From Chthonomonadales bacterium (GTDB lineage: Bacteria; Armatimonadota; Chthonomonadetes; Chthonomonadales; CAJBBX01): a DNA stretch of 64,000 nt. Every line of letters starts with the position of its first letter. The stretch's first letter is position 1. Below the pieces are notes generated by a model. It had not been told where the DNA came from, did no database searches, and saw only the letters and a list, made by a program, of their open reading frames with translations. The stretch spans positions 214,600-278,599 of the forward strand of contig JBMFSQ010000001.1 in assembly GCA_049967475.1 (NCBI GenBank), given 5' to 3'. Below are positions 39,030 to 50,108 of the stretch, piece by piece. A program made the position numbers and the translations under genes.

Positions 39030-40049
39030 ATGATGACGGCTGCGGGGTTCGTACTGGCCTTTGCGGCTGCGGTTTTGACTGGATGGGCGCTCATTCCGTG
39101 GCTGGCCCGCGTGGGCATCCGGCAGACCGTGTCCGCCGACGCCCCGGCCCGCCACTCCGCCAAGCAGGGTACGCCCACCATGGGCGGCATAGCAATTCTG
39201 GCAGGTCTGAGCGTCCCGACGGTGATTGAAGCTCTGGTTGCTCCGCACCACTGGCCGAGCTTGGTGCTTCTAGGGCTTACGCTGGCATTCGGGGGGATCG
39301 GCTTTTGGGACGATTTGCTCATCGCGCGGCGTGGGAAGAACTTGGGTCTGAAGGCACGCCATAAGCTGGCGCTCCAGTTTGTGTTCGCTGCAGTTTTCGT
39401 AGCATGGCTTGCTCTTGCCGATTTTGGCCGAGGCGGTCAACCGGCCGGTCGGGTTACGGTGCTCAGATTGTGGGAGGACGTGGATCTGGGGGTATGGTAC
39501 TACCCGCTTGCTGCGCTCATGATTGTGGGCTTGAGCAATGCGGTGAACCTGGCCGATGGTCTGGATGGCTTGGCGGCGGGCGTATGTGCTCTAGCCTTCG
39601 TAGGATTGGCAGCAATCGTGGCGGCTCCGGCGGCCTCACCGATGGGTTCGCTGGCGCTGTTTGGTTCTTCGGCGGCAGGTGCCTGTTGTGGTTTTCTTTG
39701 GTACAACGCTCCTCCCGCCCGCGTATTCATGGGCGACACGGGTTCATTGGCCCTTGGCGCTGCGCTGGGTGGAATGGCGGTACTGGGCAAAGCGGAGGTA
39801 CCGGTTCAATTTATGGCTGCCATTCCGTGGGCAGCGGTCTTTTCGGTAATCGTGCAGGTAGGCGTGTTTCGGTACCGCGCCTGGCGCTACGGGCTGGAGT
39901 ATGCTCGAACCCATCGCGTGTTCCGCCGTACGCCGATCCACCACCATTTTGAGGAACTCGGCTGGCCCGAGACGCAGATTGTGGCCAGGTTCTGGTTGAT
40001 CACCGCCTCGGCCGTGGCCTCTACCCTGGCAGTAGTGCGGTGGCGCTGA
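39030..40049 (+). CDS. mraY: Phospho-N-acetylmuramoyl-pentapeptide transferase
   Basis: KQGTPTMGG, NAVNLADGLDGL, FMGDTGS, PIHHHFE. Confidence 0.98.
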   Translation: MMTAAGFVLAFAAAVLTGWALIPWLARVGIRQTVSADAPARHSAKQGTPTMGGIAILAGLSVPTVIEALVAPHHWPSLVLLGLTLAFGGIGFWDDLLIARRGKNLGLKARHKLALQFVFAAVFVAWLALADFGRGGQPAGRVTVLRLWEDVDLGVWYYPLAALMIVGLSNAVNLADGLDGLAAGVCALAFVGLAAIVAAPAASPMGSLALFGSSAAGACCGFLWYNAPPARVFMGDTGSLALGAALGGMAVLGKAEVPVQFMAAIPWAAVFSVIVQVGVFRYRAWRYGLEYARTHRVFRRTPIHHHFEELGWPETQIVARFWLITASAVASTLAVVRWR

Positions 40050-40085
40050 TGGGTGCAGCACGCGGATCAGAAGGAGGCATGCGGA

Positions 40086-41486
40086 ATGGTATCGGTCATG
40101 GAACATTGTGAGTTCAAGAACCGGCGCATCGCCGTACTAGGAATGGCGCGTACGGGTATGGCAGCCGCGCCGATCCTGAAGGATTTGGGCGCCAGGGTAG
40201 CGCTGAGCGATTCACGCGCCGAGGAGGGCTTGGGCGAGGCTGTGCGCACAGCCCATGCGCTCGGCATACCGGTCTATGCCGGCGCAGCCAGTGAAGAGGT
40301 TCTGGAGGGGGCCGATTTGGTGGTGACCTCGCCGGGGATCCATCCAGACAGCCCCATCCTTGCCGAAGCACGCCGCCGGCGCATCCCCGTCTTGGCTGAG
40401 ATAGAGGTAGCCTACCGCATCAGCAAGGCGCCGATCCTGGCTGTGACGGGCACCAATGGAAAAACAACGACCACCATGCTTTTGGGCGCAATGCTGCGTT
40501 CAGCAGGCTTGCGGTGTTGGGTCGCAGGAAACATAGCCGCAGATGCCGTTAAGCAGACGCTCATTGACGCCGCCTACGCCGCAGAAGCCTCCGACGTGAT
40601 CGTGGCCGAGGTGAGTTCATTCCAGCTCATGTTCGTGGAACGCTTTAGACCTCAAATCGGGATCCTCACAAACGTAACCCCTGATCATCTCAATTGGCAT
40701 CATTCCTTCCGTGAGTATGTAGAAGCCAAGAGCCGCCTTTTTGCCGCCCAAACGCGCGAGGACGTTGCCGTACTCAGTGCCCTCAATGCTCCTGCGCGCT
40801 CAATTGGAGAACGCATCCTTGCTCAGCGCCTTTGGTTCGACCGGGGCCACTGCCTCAAGGATGATTGCGCCTGTGTGGATCAGGGGAGGTTCGTGGTCCG
40901 TTGGAGGGGCACGGAGCATATCCTTTGCCGTGTAGACGACCTCAGACTGCCGGGGCTGCACAATGTTGAGAATGCCTTGGCCGCGGCTGCCGCAGCGGTA
41001 GCCTATGGAGCCGATGACGAGGCGATCAGTACGGCAATCCGGACCTTCTCGCCCGTAGTCCATCGAATGGAACCGGTGGCGGAGATTGAGGGCGTGCTGT
41101 ACATCAACAACTCCATGTGCACAAACGTGGATGCTGCGGTTCGATCGCTCGAAGCCATGGATCGGCCCACAGTGGTGATCTGCGGGGGCGTGGACAAGAA
41201 CAGCGACTTCACGCCGCTGGGGACAGCCATTGCTTTGCGTGCTGCCGGAATGGTCACGATGGGCGCTGCCGCTGGATTACTGGAAGAAGCGGCGCGTGGC
41301 GCGGGCTTCCACCGCATCGAGCGCGCCGTGGACATGGACGATGCGGTCCGAAAGGCGGCCGCCATGGCGCCTCGGGGTGGGGCGGTGATGCTTTCGCCAG
41401 CGTGTGCAAGCTTCGATATGTATCCGGATTTTGAGGCCCGTGGCGCAGCCTTCCGGGATGCGGTGCGCAGGCTTCAGGAGGGGTAG
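40086..41486 (+). CDS. murD: UDP-MurNAc-L-Ala:D-Glu ligase
   Basis: SPGI, TGTNGKTT, EVSSFQL, SPACASFD. Confidence 0.97.
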   Translation: MVSVMEHCEFKNRRIAVLGMARTGMAAAPILKDLGARVALSDSRAEEGLGEAVRTAHALGIPVYAGAASEEVLEGADLVVTSPGIHPDSPILAEARRRRIPVLAEIEVAYRISKAPILAVTGTNGKTTTTMLLGAMLRSAGLRCWVAGNIAADAVKQTLIDAAYAAEASDVIVAEVSSFQLMFVERFRPQIGILTNVTPDHLNWHHSFREYVEAKSRLFAAQTREDVAVLSALNAPARSIGERILAQRLWFDRGHCLKDDCACVDQGRFVVRWRGTEHILCRVDDLRLPGLHNVENALAAAAAAVAYGADDEAISTAIRTFSPVVHRMEPVAEIEGVLYINNSMCTNVDAAVRSLEAMDRPTVVICGGVDKNSDFTPLGTAIALRAAGMVTMGAAAGLLEEAARGAGFHRIERAVDMDDAVRKAAAMAPRGGAVMLSPACASFDMYPDFEARGAAFRDAVRRLQEG

Positions 41487-41492
41487 GGCCCG

Positions 41493-42635
41493 TTGGCAAC
41501 AATCACCACACGATCAACCCGGGCGGTCAATAATCTGCTCATCCCCGTGTCCATAGCCCTATACGCTGTGGGCCTCGTGGCAGTATACGATGCGGGATAC
41601 GCCCACGCTTTGGATCGGAGCCCAGGCGGCAATGCGGCATTGTGGATGGTGCTCAAGCAGACCGCGTACGGTTTGGTGGGCCTGAGTGCTATGGTCGCTA
41701 TGGCGAAGATGGGCTATTGGCGGCTTCGCAAAGCGGCATTCCCCCTGCTGGTAATTTCTATGCTCCTCCTGATGATGGTATGGGTACCCCATGTGGGCAT
41801 TCAGCGAAACGGCGCGCACCGGTGGATCGGATGGGGGTTGGTGCAGGTTCAACCTTCCGAGCTTGCCAAGCTGTCGCTCATCATCTACTTGGCTGCGTAC
41901 TTGACCCAACCCTCTGTGAATGTGAGGAAGGGACGCTGGGCGCTGGGTATTCCTCTTGCCGCCATGGCCATTGTGGTCGGACTGGTGGAGCGGGAACCGG
42001 ATTTCGGGACGGCATTCGTCATCTTCCTGTCGAGTATGGCGGTGTTTTACATGGGAGGCGCCCGCGTTCGGCATTTGATGGCAGTGGCGGCAGCCTTTGC
42101 TGTGCTGGCGGGCTGTTCCCTGGCGCTGGGACACGGGTTTCGGCAGCATCGCCTCCGTACGTTTTTTAGTGCGCAGAAGGACACCCAGGGAGCGGGCTAC
42201 CAGGTGTTCCGTGGCCTTCTTGCCGTTGGATCGGGCATGGTGAGCGGAGTGGGCTTCGGCGCCGGCCGAGAGAAGTTCTATCTGCCGGAGGCCAGTACGG
42301 ATTATGTGTTCGCCACGATCGCAGAGGAAACCGGTCTGCTGGGGAGCTTGGCGCTTGTGTTCCTACTACTTGCTCTGGTTTATTCGGGGATGAAGGCGGC
42401 ACTGCGCATTCATGATCCCTTCGGTGCCCTCCTTGGTGCAGGCATCACCACGATGTTGAGCGCACAGGCACTCATCAACCTGGGCGTTGTGACAGGCTCT
42501 TTGCCTGCCACAGGAGTGCCGCTCCCCTTTATCAGTTCCGGAGGATCCTCGTTGGTGTTCGGCTTCGCAGGGATCGGCATCGTTCTCAGCATCGCGGCAA
42601 GCGCCTCGGCGTCCGGCGGGAGTGCCGGCCGATAG
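41493..42635 (+). CDS. ftsW: SEDS family protein FtsW
   Basis: NGAHRW, QPSELAK, EPDFGT, YLPEASTD, TGVPLPFISSGGSS. Confidence 0.96.
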   Translation: MATITTRSTRAVNNLLIPVSIALYAVGLVAVYDAGYAHALDRSPGGNAALWMVLKQTAYGLVGLSAMVAMAKMGYWRLRKAAFPLLVISMLLLMMVWVPHVGIQRNGAHRWIGWGLVQVQPSELAKLSLIIYLAAYLTQPSVNVRKGRWALGIPLAAMAIVVGLVEREPDFGTAFVIFLSSMAVFYMGGARVRHLMAVAAAFAVLAGCSLALGHGFRQHRLRTFFSAQKDTQGAGYQVFRGLLAVGSGMVSGVGFGAGREKFYLPEASTDYVFATIAEETGLLGSLALVFLLLALVYSGMKAALRIHDPFGALLGAGITTMLSAQALINLGVVTGSLPATGVPLPFISSGGSSLVFGFAGIGIVLSIAASASASGGSAGR

Positions 42636-42663
42636 GACCGATCACAAAGCAGGCGGTGGAAGC

Positions 42664-43785
42664 GTGCGGGTTGTGGTGACGGGAGGAGGAACCGGCGGGC
42701 ATATTTACCCGGCGATTGCAGTCGCCGAGGAACTGCGGCGTGCCGGCGATGATGTGCTCTATGTGGGAGCCACCAATGGATTGGAAGCGCGCGTCGCCAC
42801 GGATGCGGGCTTTCCGTTTGTAGGTGTAGCGGCCCGCAAAATCCGCAAGCTCGTGTCCCCATCCACCGTAAGCGTGTTGCTGGCGCTGGCACGCGGGTAC
42901 AGGCAGGCCTCGGCGCACCTCATGAAGTTCCGGCCGGATGTGGTGATAGGGACCGGAGGATACGTGGCCGCTGCGACAGGATTGGCCGCGGCGAAGCGCT
43001 CGATCCCGCTTATCATTCAGGCGTGTGACGCGATCCCAGGGCGAACCAATCGCCTGCTGGCTCGGCGTGCTTGGCGCATCTGCATCTGGTTCGAAGAGAC
43101 GGCGAACTTCCTGCCGGCGGGTAAGACGGTTGTGACGGGAGTGCCGCTTCGGGAAGGAGCGGTGTCCACCGAAACGCAGGCTGCAGCGCGGCAGGGGCTT
43201 GGGCTAAACCCTCACGCATTCACTCTTACCGTACTGGGCGGTAGCCAAGGGGCGCGGCGCCTTAACCAGATTGTTTTGGACGCGGTTGGCTTGCTGGCAG
43301 GGGATGTGCAGGTGCTGCATCAAACCGGGGAAGCGAACCTGAAGGACGTGCAAAATCAGGCTAAGGCTGCTGGTCTGGACCCAAGTCGCTACCAGCCGAG
43401 GGCATACCTTATCGGCTGCGAGATGGCGCGGGCCTATCGGGCAGCAGACCTGGTGATCTGCAGATGTGGCATTGCTACGCTGGCTGAGCTCACTGTCAAT
43501 GGGGTTGCCGGGTTGCTGGTGCCCCTTCCCACAGCCTATGCTGACCACCAAACGCATAACGCCTTGGCTGTCGTCCGGCGTGGTGCAGGTATACTTCTGC
43601 GGGAGCCCGAGCTGACCGGTGCTCAGCTTGCTGCACAGGTTCGGGAGCTTCAGAGGGACACCGAACGGCTGCACCAGATGGCCGAAGCCGGCCGCCGCGC
43701 CGCTCGGCCTCACGCCGCCGCCACGGTTGCCGAAATCGCCCGCTCAGCCGCCAACCGAGGATCGGCTTCGACTGCTTCACAATAA
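42664..43785 (+). CDS. murG: Lipid II GlcNAc transferase
   Basis: GGGTGGHIYP, GGYV, GGSQGA, HQTHNA. Confidence 0.97.
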   Translation: MRVVVTGGGTGGHIYPAIAVAEELRRAGDDVLYVGATNGLEARVATDAGFPFVGVAARKIRKLVSPSTVSVLLALARGYRQASAHLMKFRPDVVIGTGGYVAAATGLAAAKRSIPLIIQACDAIPGRTNRLLARRAWRICIWFEETANFLPAGKTVVTGVPLREGAVSTETQAAARQGLGLNPHAFTLTVLGGSQGARRLNQIVLDAVGLLAGDVQVLHQTGEANLKDVQNQAKAAGLDPSRYQPRAYLIGCEMARAYRAADLVICRCGIATLAELTVNGVAGLLVPLPTAYADHQTHNALAVVRRGAGILLREPELTGAQLAAQVRELQRDTERLHQMAEAGRRAARPHAAATVAEIARSAANRGSASTASQ

Positions 43786-43803
43786 TGGTGGGAGTGCTCC
43801 GAA

Positions 43804-45240
43804 GTGCGCATCTACTTCATCGGCATCGGCGGCATCGGGATGAGCGGATTGGCCCAGGCTGTGCTGGAGCGGGGTGCGGACGTGTGTGGGTCCGATGCCC
43901 ATCCATCCCCCATTACCCGGCGATTGCAGGCATCGGGTGCGCGCGTCTATGCAGGACATTCGGCGCAGAACCTACTCTGTGAGAAGCCGGACCTGGTTGT
44001 GGCCTCATCCGCCATCAAGGCCGATAACCCCGAGATCGCGGCTGCCCGGGATGCAGGCATTCCTTTGATGTCCCGAGCAGAGTTCCTGGGTGAACTGATG
44101 GAGAAGTACTCAGGGCCGCGCGTGGCCGTAGCCGGAACGCATGGGAAGACCACCACGACGGCCATGGCAGCCTTAGTGTTGATGGAGGGCGGGCTGGATC
44201 CTACGGTTCTAGTTGGGGGAGATGTGGCTCTATTCGGAGGAAACGTTCGCGTAGGGGGCGGCGAGGCATTCGTAACAGAAGCCTGCGAGGCATTCGATTC
44301 GTTCCTTCATATCCCGGGGCATATCCGTATCATCACCAATATCGAGCCGGACCATTTGGACTATTTCGGCTCCGTGGAACGGCTGTACCAGAGCTTCCGC
44401 GCCTTTGCTTTGGGCCGTCGGGTTGGCGGCGGTGGGTGCGTGGTGGCGTGTTCCGATGACGCAGGCGCTCTCGGGTTGGCGGCAAGCCTCGGAGGCGAAT
44501 GCAGGTTGGTGCTGTACGGATTGGACGCATCGGAGGCGAGAGGCGCAACTTTGGCCTGCGCCTATGCGCTTGCGGCGCGCAATGTAACCCTCTCGCGGGC
44601 CGGGTCCAGTTTTGAAGCGGTAAGGCTCGTAGAGGGTTCGGTTCAGGACCGCGCGTGTGTGGAATTGCACGTGCCTGGAGTGCACAACGTGCGCAACGGT
44701 TTGGCTGCCCTTGCCGCAGGCATCGAGGCCGGGGTACCCATGGACGTGGCTGCGCGGGCCCTTGGGCGTTTTTCGGGCGTGGAGCGGCGCTTTGAAGTGC
44801 TTGGGGAAGCAGGCGAAGTTGTTGTAGTGGATGACTATGCCCATCATCCCACCGAAATCTCGGCGACCCTTGCTGCTGCGCGGCAGGTATATCCCCACCG
44901 ACGGATTGTGGCCGTGTTCCAGCCTCATCTTTACAGTCGCACGCGGGATTTCATGGAGGGTTTCGCCGACGTCCTTGCGGGCTTTGATGCCGTCATCATT
45001 ACGGAAATCTACGCCGCACGCGAGGAGCCGATACCCGGCGTGTCCAGCCGCCTTCTCGTGCAGCGCCTTGCCGAGCGGGCGCCGGAAAAGACGGTTCTCT
45101 ACGCTTCAGGATTGGCGGATGCGGCGGCGACACTCCGTGAAATCACCAGGGATGGAGACGTGGTACTCACCATCGGAGCGGGAGACGTTCGCGAGGTAGG
45201 CATCACGTATCTCGGGCACCGGGTCAGGGATAGGGCCTAA
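43804..45240 (+). CDS. murC: UDP-MurNAc:L-Ala ligase
   Basis: GIGGIGMSG, GTHGKTTTT, DDYAHHPTE, FQPHLYSRT. Confidence 0.98.
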   Translation: MRIYFIGIGGIGMSGLAQAVLERGADVCGSDAHPSPITRRLQASGARVYAGHSAQNLLCEKPDLVVASSAIKADNPEIAAARDAGIPLMSRAEFLGELMEKYSGPRVAVAGTHGKTTTTAMAALVLMEGGLDPTVLVGGDVALFGGNVRVGGGEAFVTEACEAFDSFLHIPGHIRIITNIEPDHLDYFGSVERLYQSFRAFALGRRVGGGGCVVACSDDAGALGLAASLGGECRLVLYGLDASEARGATLACAYALAARNVTLSRAGSSFEAVRLVEGSVQDRACVELHVPGVHNVRNGLAALAAGIEAGVPMDVAARALGRFSGVERRFEVLGEAGEVVVVDDYAHHPTEISATLAAARQVYPHRRIVAVFQPHLYSRTRDFMEGFADVLAGFDAVIITEIYAAREEPIPGVSSRLLVQRLAERAPEKTVLYASGLADAAATLREITRDGDVVLTIGAGDVREVGITYLGHRVRDRA

Positions 45241-45280
45241 GCAGGCCGTGCTCATTCATGAATAGAGGACACGCGCGTTC

Positions 45281-46168
45281 ATGGCACTAGGTGCCGGCAG
45301 AAACTCGGCTCGGCAGCGTGCGGCGGCGGCGCTCCATCGCGAGCGCTTTCCCAACGCCCCTGGCCGTTCCAGTGCTTCGCGGAAGAAGAGGACCTTCAGC
45401 CCCTTGGCTGTTCGGCGGCTGATCCTAGGCGCACTCTGGATGGTCTTGGCCGCCGAGGTGCTGTTCGCTTTGCGGCGATCGCCTTGGTTCGACGTGCAGC
45501 ATGTGCAGTTGGAGGGCGTTCGGACCCTGGCTCCGAGCGAAGTGCAGGCTTTGGAGGCTGCCGTGCAGCTTCCTGCTGGAACCAACTTATTCTATGCGCT
45601 CTTCAAATGGCGCGGGGCTTCGGCGGCGAAGCTTCCCTTCGTCGCCCGGGTGCAGGTGCGGCCAGCCAGCGTCCACGGGTTGCGCGTCCTTATCCGGCCC
45701 CGCGTGCCGGTGGCTGTGGTGGAGAGCGGCGGCAACGGCTGGGAGGTAGATTCCCAGGGGTGGGTCGTCAGAGGAGCTCGGTCCAACATGTCGCTGCCCG
45801 TGATCCAGGTGGCCGGCGGTTTGGCGCTGCGGCCTGGTACGGTGGTGGCCGACGATGCGGTGCTGCAGGTTCTCAGGACGGTGGTGCCTGCTGCGGCAGG
45901 CGGTCTGAGCGTAGCAAAAGTGCACGTTGACCCCCAGGGGAATCTGTGCTTAAATATGTTGGATGGCGTTGAGGTCCAGATGGGCCAGCCCTATGAACTG
46001 GGCGCGAAGCTGCGCCTGCTCGAGCGCATCTACCATGAGGAGCCGGGTATCGGCCGCAGGGTGGCCGCGATCAATTTGAGCTGCATCGAAGCACCCGCGT
46101 GTACTCCGCGGATGCCCGGGAGGGCGCAGGGTGCGCCGGAGAATGCTCGAGATCGCAAGCCGCAGTAG
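45281..46168 (+). CDS. ftsQ: Cell division protein FtsQ/DivIB
   Basis: TM, POTRA-like segment (SPWFDVQHVQLEG), dcw position. Confidence 0.85.
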   Translation: MALGAGRNSARQRAAAALHRERFPNAPGRSSASRKKRTFSPLAVRRLILGALWMVLAAEVLFALRRSPWFDVQHVQLEGVRTLAPSEVQALEAAVQLPAGTNLFYALFKWRGASAAKLPFVARVQVRPASVHGLRVLIRPRVPVAVVESGGNGWEVDSQGWVVRGARSNMSLPVIQVAGGLALRPGTVVADDAVLQVLRTVVPAAAGGLSVAKVHVDPQGNLCLNMLDGVEVQMGQPYELGAKLRLLERIYHEEPGIGRRVAAINLSCIEAPACTPRMPGRAQGAPENARDRKPQ

Positions 46169-46203
46169 CAGGGCCGGCCGCATCCTTCCATAGCGGGTGC
46201 CAA

Positions 46204-46989
46204 ATGAACGTCTTTACGACCGGTCATCGCAATCAGCCCTGGATCTGGCAGGTTACCGCACTTTCCTTCCTGCTGGGGCTCCTGCTCGCGGGTTCCCTGC
46301 AGACCGTGGGCTACATCCGCAGATCCGGTATCGGACTGGGTCGCTTTGGAGGCGTGGCTCCCAGTTTCACCGTTCCCATGTCTGCCGCCATGCGCCAGCA
46401 GCAGAAGGAGATTGCAGATCTGCGCGAGCACAACACGAAGCTGGAGAATGCCCTCGGGAAAGGGAACGACCAGCTCAAGACGCTCAACGACGAGCTTCAA
46501 AAAGTGAAGATTATCGCAGGGCTTACCGAGGTTCACGGGCCGGGTATCGTGATTACGCTTCAGGATAGCGCCAAGCGGCCGCCTTCCGCCCGCACCTTCG
46601 AGCAAGCGAACGGCATCATCCATGACACGGATCTGCAGCAGGTTCTGAACGAGCTGGGCCCTTCCGGGGCAGAAGCGGTGGCGGTGAACAATCAGCGCAT
46701 CGTGGGGCGGTCTTCGTTGCGTTGCGTTGGACCTACGGTTATGGTGAACAACGTACCCGTGGCGCCGCCCTACGTAATCCGTGCCATCGGGGATCCCAAC
46801 ACGCTCTTTGCTGGGATGAATTTGCCCTACGGCGTGCTGGACGGCATTCGGCGGTACGACCCGCAGATGGTTCGAATTGAGAAGAAGCAGGACATTGTAC
46901 TCCCACCCTACACAGGAAGCACCGAGATCCGTTTCGCAAAGCCTACCGTTGACAACGGCCACAAAAGCGGCAGGGAGACCCACGATTAG
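46204..46989 (+). CDS. DUF881 family protein
   Basis: AGLTEVHGPGIVITLQD, IHDTDL..VLNEL...GAEAVAVN, PPYVIRAIGDP. Confidence 0.9.
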   Translation: MNVFTTGHRNQPWIWQVTALSFLLGLLLAGSLQTVGYIRRSGIGLGRFGGVAPSFTVPMSAAMRQQQKEIADLREHNTKLENALGKGNDQLKTLNDELQKVKIIAGLTEVHGPGIVITLQDSAKRPPSARTFEQANGIIHDTDLQQVLNELGPSGAEAVAVNNQRIVGRSSLRCVGPTVMVNNVPVAPPYVIRAIGDPNTLFAGMNLPYGVLDGIRRYDPQMVRIEKKQDIVLPPYTGSTEIRFAKPTVDNGHKSGRETHD

Positions 46990-46990
46990 C

Positions 46991-47389
46991 ATGGCATGGT
47001 TGCCCATCGCGGGAGTGGTTGCCGGTTTCATTGCCGGGCTCGTGGGCTTCTCCCTCGTGCGCGTACCCCCGGAGCTCGCCGGGCAGTACGCTCCCTATCT
47101 TTCTCTGGCGACACTGGCCGGCTTGGACACGGTGTTCGGCGGGATCCGCGCGGGTATCGAGGGTCGGTTTCAGGACGACATTTTCGTCAGCGGCTTTCTG
47201 CTCAACACTCTTTTAGCAGTCGGTTTAGGGTACCTTGGTGATAGGATCGGCGTAGACCTGTTCTTGGCGGCAGTGATTGCGTTGGGAACGCGCGTGTTCC
47301 TGAACCTTTCGCTGATCCGGCGTTATTACCTTACGAAGCTGGCTTTAAACCGCCGGAAGGAACCGCCGGCGAGCACCTCTAATCCATAG
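46991..47389 (+). CDS. Small basic protein (DUF1290/Sbp)
   Basis: YLSLATLAGLDTVFGGIRA...F...FVSGF..N...RVFLNLSLIRR. Confidence 0.9.
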   Translation: MAWLPIAGVVAGFIAGLVGFSLVRVPPELAGQYAPYLSLATLAGLDTVFGGIRAGIEGRFQDDIFVSGFLLNTLLAVGLGYLGDRIGVDLFLAAVIALGTRVFLNLSLIRRYYLTKLALNRRKEPPASTSNP

Positions 47390-47467
47390 GACAGCCGGTC
47401 CGCGCAACAGAGGCGCTGCGGCGCGGCAAGGTGGCGGGCAACAGGGGTTTGATTGGGGGAGACCCTG

Positions 47468-48700
47468 GTGGCGAGAAGTGAGTTGGTGGTGGGGCTGGAT
47501 ATCGGCACCACGAAGACATGCTGCGTAGTGGCTCAGGTGGAAGAGGGTCGGGAGCCGGAAATCTGCGGCGTGGGCGTAAGCCCGTCCGCCGGGGTAAAGC
47601 GCGGCATCGTCGTAGACCTGGATGCAACCGTCCGCTCCATTGAGGCTGCTGTAGCCGAGGCTTCCCAACAGTGCGGGTTCGAGATTACCTCTGCCCTAGT
47701 GGGCGTTACGGGTGAGCACATCACCACCCTGAACTCCAGCGGGGTAATCGCCATCACCCATTCGGATCGCGAGATTACAGAAGATGACGTGGAACGCGTA
47801 CTGGAAGCCTCCAGGGTAATCGTAGTCCCGCCCGAACGAATGATCCTTCATGCCATCCCGCGATCCTATTCCATTGACGGACAGAACGGCATCAAGCATC
47901 CCGTGGGCATGAGCGGTACTCGCCTCGAAGTAGAGACGCACATCGTCACCGGCGCCAACACGTTTCTGCAGAATGTGGAGAAGTGCGTCACCCGGGCAGG
48001 ACTGGCGGTTGAAGATATGGTGCTGGAGCCTTTGGCTACGGGTGAAGCTGTGTTGATGCCTGCCGAACGCGAGCTGGGCGTGTGTCTGGTGGACATAGGA
48101 GGCGGCACCAGCGACGTCGCGATTTTCAGGGAAGGGGAGATTTACTTTTCTGCCGTCGTGCCGGTTGGGGGGCGCCATGTTACCAATGATCTGGCCCAAC
48201 TTCTGCGGATGGCCGTGGAAGACGCCGAGCAGTTGAAGGTGACACAAGGCTGCGCCGTTGCCGACGGAGTAGGCGAAGACGAAGCCGTGAATGTGCGGCA
48301 GATCGGCGCAGAGACTGCCCGACCCTTTCGGAGGCGCGCGTTGTGCCAGATCATAGAGGCTCGGATGCAGGAAGTTTTTCAGCTTGTGCAGAAAGAGATC
48401 CTGAAGTCTGGCTGCCACGACCAGTTGGCTGCCGGTGTTGTGCTTACCGGCGGGGGAGCGCTCCTCCGGGGAACAACGGAGTGTGCTGCCCGAGTACTGG
48501 AACTCCCGGTGCGGATAGGGAGGCCAGGAGGTGTGGCCGGGCTGAGCGACAAGGTTGCCGGCCCGGCATTTGCTACATCCGTGGGCTTAGTGCGGTATGG
48601 AGCGCGCCAGCGCACTGCGCGAAGCTCTTTTGGTCATCGGCCCATGGGCACGGTGCGCGGGTTTTTCCTACGGTTGCTGGAGCGCCTGCGGGCGGATTGA
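47468..48700 (+). CDS. ftsA: Cell division protein FtsA
   Basis: [31 protein letters not shown]. Confidence 0.98.
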   Translation: MARSELVVGLDIGTTKTCCVVAQVEEGREPEICGVGVSPSAGVKRGIVVDLDATVRSIEAAVAEASQQCGFEITSALVGVTGEHITTLNSSGVIAITHSDREITEDDVERVLEASRVIVVPPERMILHAIPRSYSIDGQNGIKHPVGMSGTRLEVETHIVTGANTFLQNVEKCVTRAGLAVEDMVLEPLATGEAVLMPAERELGVCLVDIGGGTSDVAIFREGEIYFSAVVPVGGRHVTNDLAQLLRMAVEDAEQLKVTQGCAVADGVGEDEAVNVRQIGAETARPFRRRALCQIIEARMQEVFQLVQKEILKSGCHDQLAAGVVLTGGGALLRGTTECAARVLELPVRIGRPGGVAGLSDKVAGPAFATSVGLVRYGARQRTARSSFGHRPMGTVRGFFLRLLERLRAD

Positions 48701-48770
48701 GAAGGAAGTCGGATCACCTTGGTGCAGGCGCCTGTTGGGGAGTGCAATCATCTCAGGGGGGTATTCATCC

Positions 48771-49946
48771 ATGGCGACGGGACATTCGGCCCGGTATGAC
48801 GACACGATCGGGGCAAACATCAAGGTCATTGGAGTGGGCGGTGGCGGCACGAATGCGGTGAACCGAATGATCGAATCCGGCCTCAATGGGGTCGAGTTCA
48901 TCGCGATGAATACCGACCGCCAGGTGCTCAACATTTCGTTGGCACCCATCAAAATGCAACTCGGAGAGAACCTTACGCGGGGGCTGGGAGCCGGCGGAAA
49001 CCCGGATATCGGCCGCAGCGCCGCGGAGGAAAGCAAGAGCGAGATCAAGAAGGCGCTGGACGGCGCAGACATGGTCTTCATTACTGCGGGCATGGGCGGA
49101 GGCACCGGAACGGGTGCCGCGCCGGTTATCGCAGAAATCGCCCGTGAGATTGGGGCCCTCACGGTTGCAGTGGTGACGAAACCCTTTAACTTCGAAGGGC
49201 CCCGGCGCATGCGCCTGGCTGAAGAGGGCGTGGATAATCTTCGGGCCAAGGTGGACACGGTCATCGTGGTGCCCAACGACCGCCTCCTGAACGTGACGGA
49301 CAAGCGCATGACGCTTGTGGAAGCCTTCAAAGTGGCCGATGACGTTCTTCGGCAGGGTGTCCAAGGCATATCGGACATCATCACGATCCCCGGCCAGATC
49401 AATGTGGATTTCGCCGACGTCCGCACCATCATGCAGAATGCAGGTTCTGCGCTCATGGGCATCGGAACGGCGACCGGCGATAATCGCGCCGTCGAGGCAG
49501 CCAACGCGGCGATATCCAGTCCGTTGCTGGAGACCTCCATCGAGGGTGCCTTGCGCGTGCTCATCAACGTAACATCGGGCCCGGACCTTACGCTCGCCGA
49601 GGCCAACGAGGCTGCCCAGTTGATCAACAGCAAATGCGACCGGCGCGAGGCCAACATCATCTTCGGATGGGTGTCCGACGCGAGCATGGAAGGCCAGGTG
49701 CGTGTAACGGTTCTGGCTACGGGGTTCGCCACCAAGCCGCCCCAACAACAGCCCAGCATGCAGCAGCAAACCGTTGCCCCGCAGCCCACAGCGCGCCAAC
49801 TGGAAACGCCCCCCGCCGTGCGTACGCACATACCGGCGCCGGGTACCGCAGGCCGCCCCGCTGTGCGCCAAGAGGTGGATGCAGCCGGCACCGATACCGT
49901 GCCGGAGGACCAGTTGGACATTCCGGCGTTCATTCGAAGAAGGTAG
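48771..49946 (+). CDS. ftsZ: Cell division protein FtsZ
   Basis: [26 protein letters not shown]-terminal [10 protein letters not shown]. Confidence 0.99.
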   Translation: MATGHSARYDDTIGANIKVIGVGGGGTNAVNRMIESGLNGVEFIAMNTDRQVLNISLAPIKMQLGENLTRGLGAGGNPDIGRSAAEESKSEIKKALDGADMVFITAGMGGGTGTGAAPVIAEIAREIGALTVAVVTKPFNFEGPRRMRLAEEGVDNLRAKVDTVIVVPNDRLLNVTDKRMTLVEAFKVADDVLRQGVQGISDIITIPGQINVDFADVRTIMQNAGSALMGIGTATGDNRAVEAANAAISSPLLETSIEGALRVLINVTSGPDLTLAEANEAAQLINSKCDRREANIIFGWVSDASMEGQVRVTVLATGFATKPPQQQPSMQQQTVAPQPTARQLETPPAVRTHIPAPGTAGRPAVRQEVDAAGTDTVPEDQLDIPAFIRRR

Positions 49947-50108
49947 GCGGGCGCTTCGGCTCCCAGTGCCGGCGAGGCAACGGCTTAGCGGCATGCCGAC
50001 GGACCGGGTCGGTGTTTCTCGGCCAAGGCGCGGCACCCTGTGAGGGCGCTCCTGTAGCCCGCGGCTTTTTCTGGAGAACAGGGCGGGCGAACCGGTCAGG
50101 CCGGCCTC

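Noticed and set aside
48668..50036. Two ORFs of more than 400 aa antisense to ftsZ (likewise 1927-3261, 4689-6239, 18309-19850, 29932-31284)
   Set aside because: Shadow ORFs typical of high-GC coding DNA; no motifs, and the opposite strand encodes well-conserved proteins.
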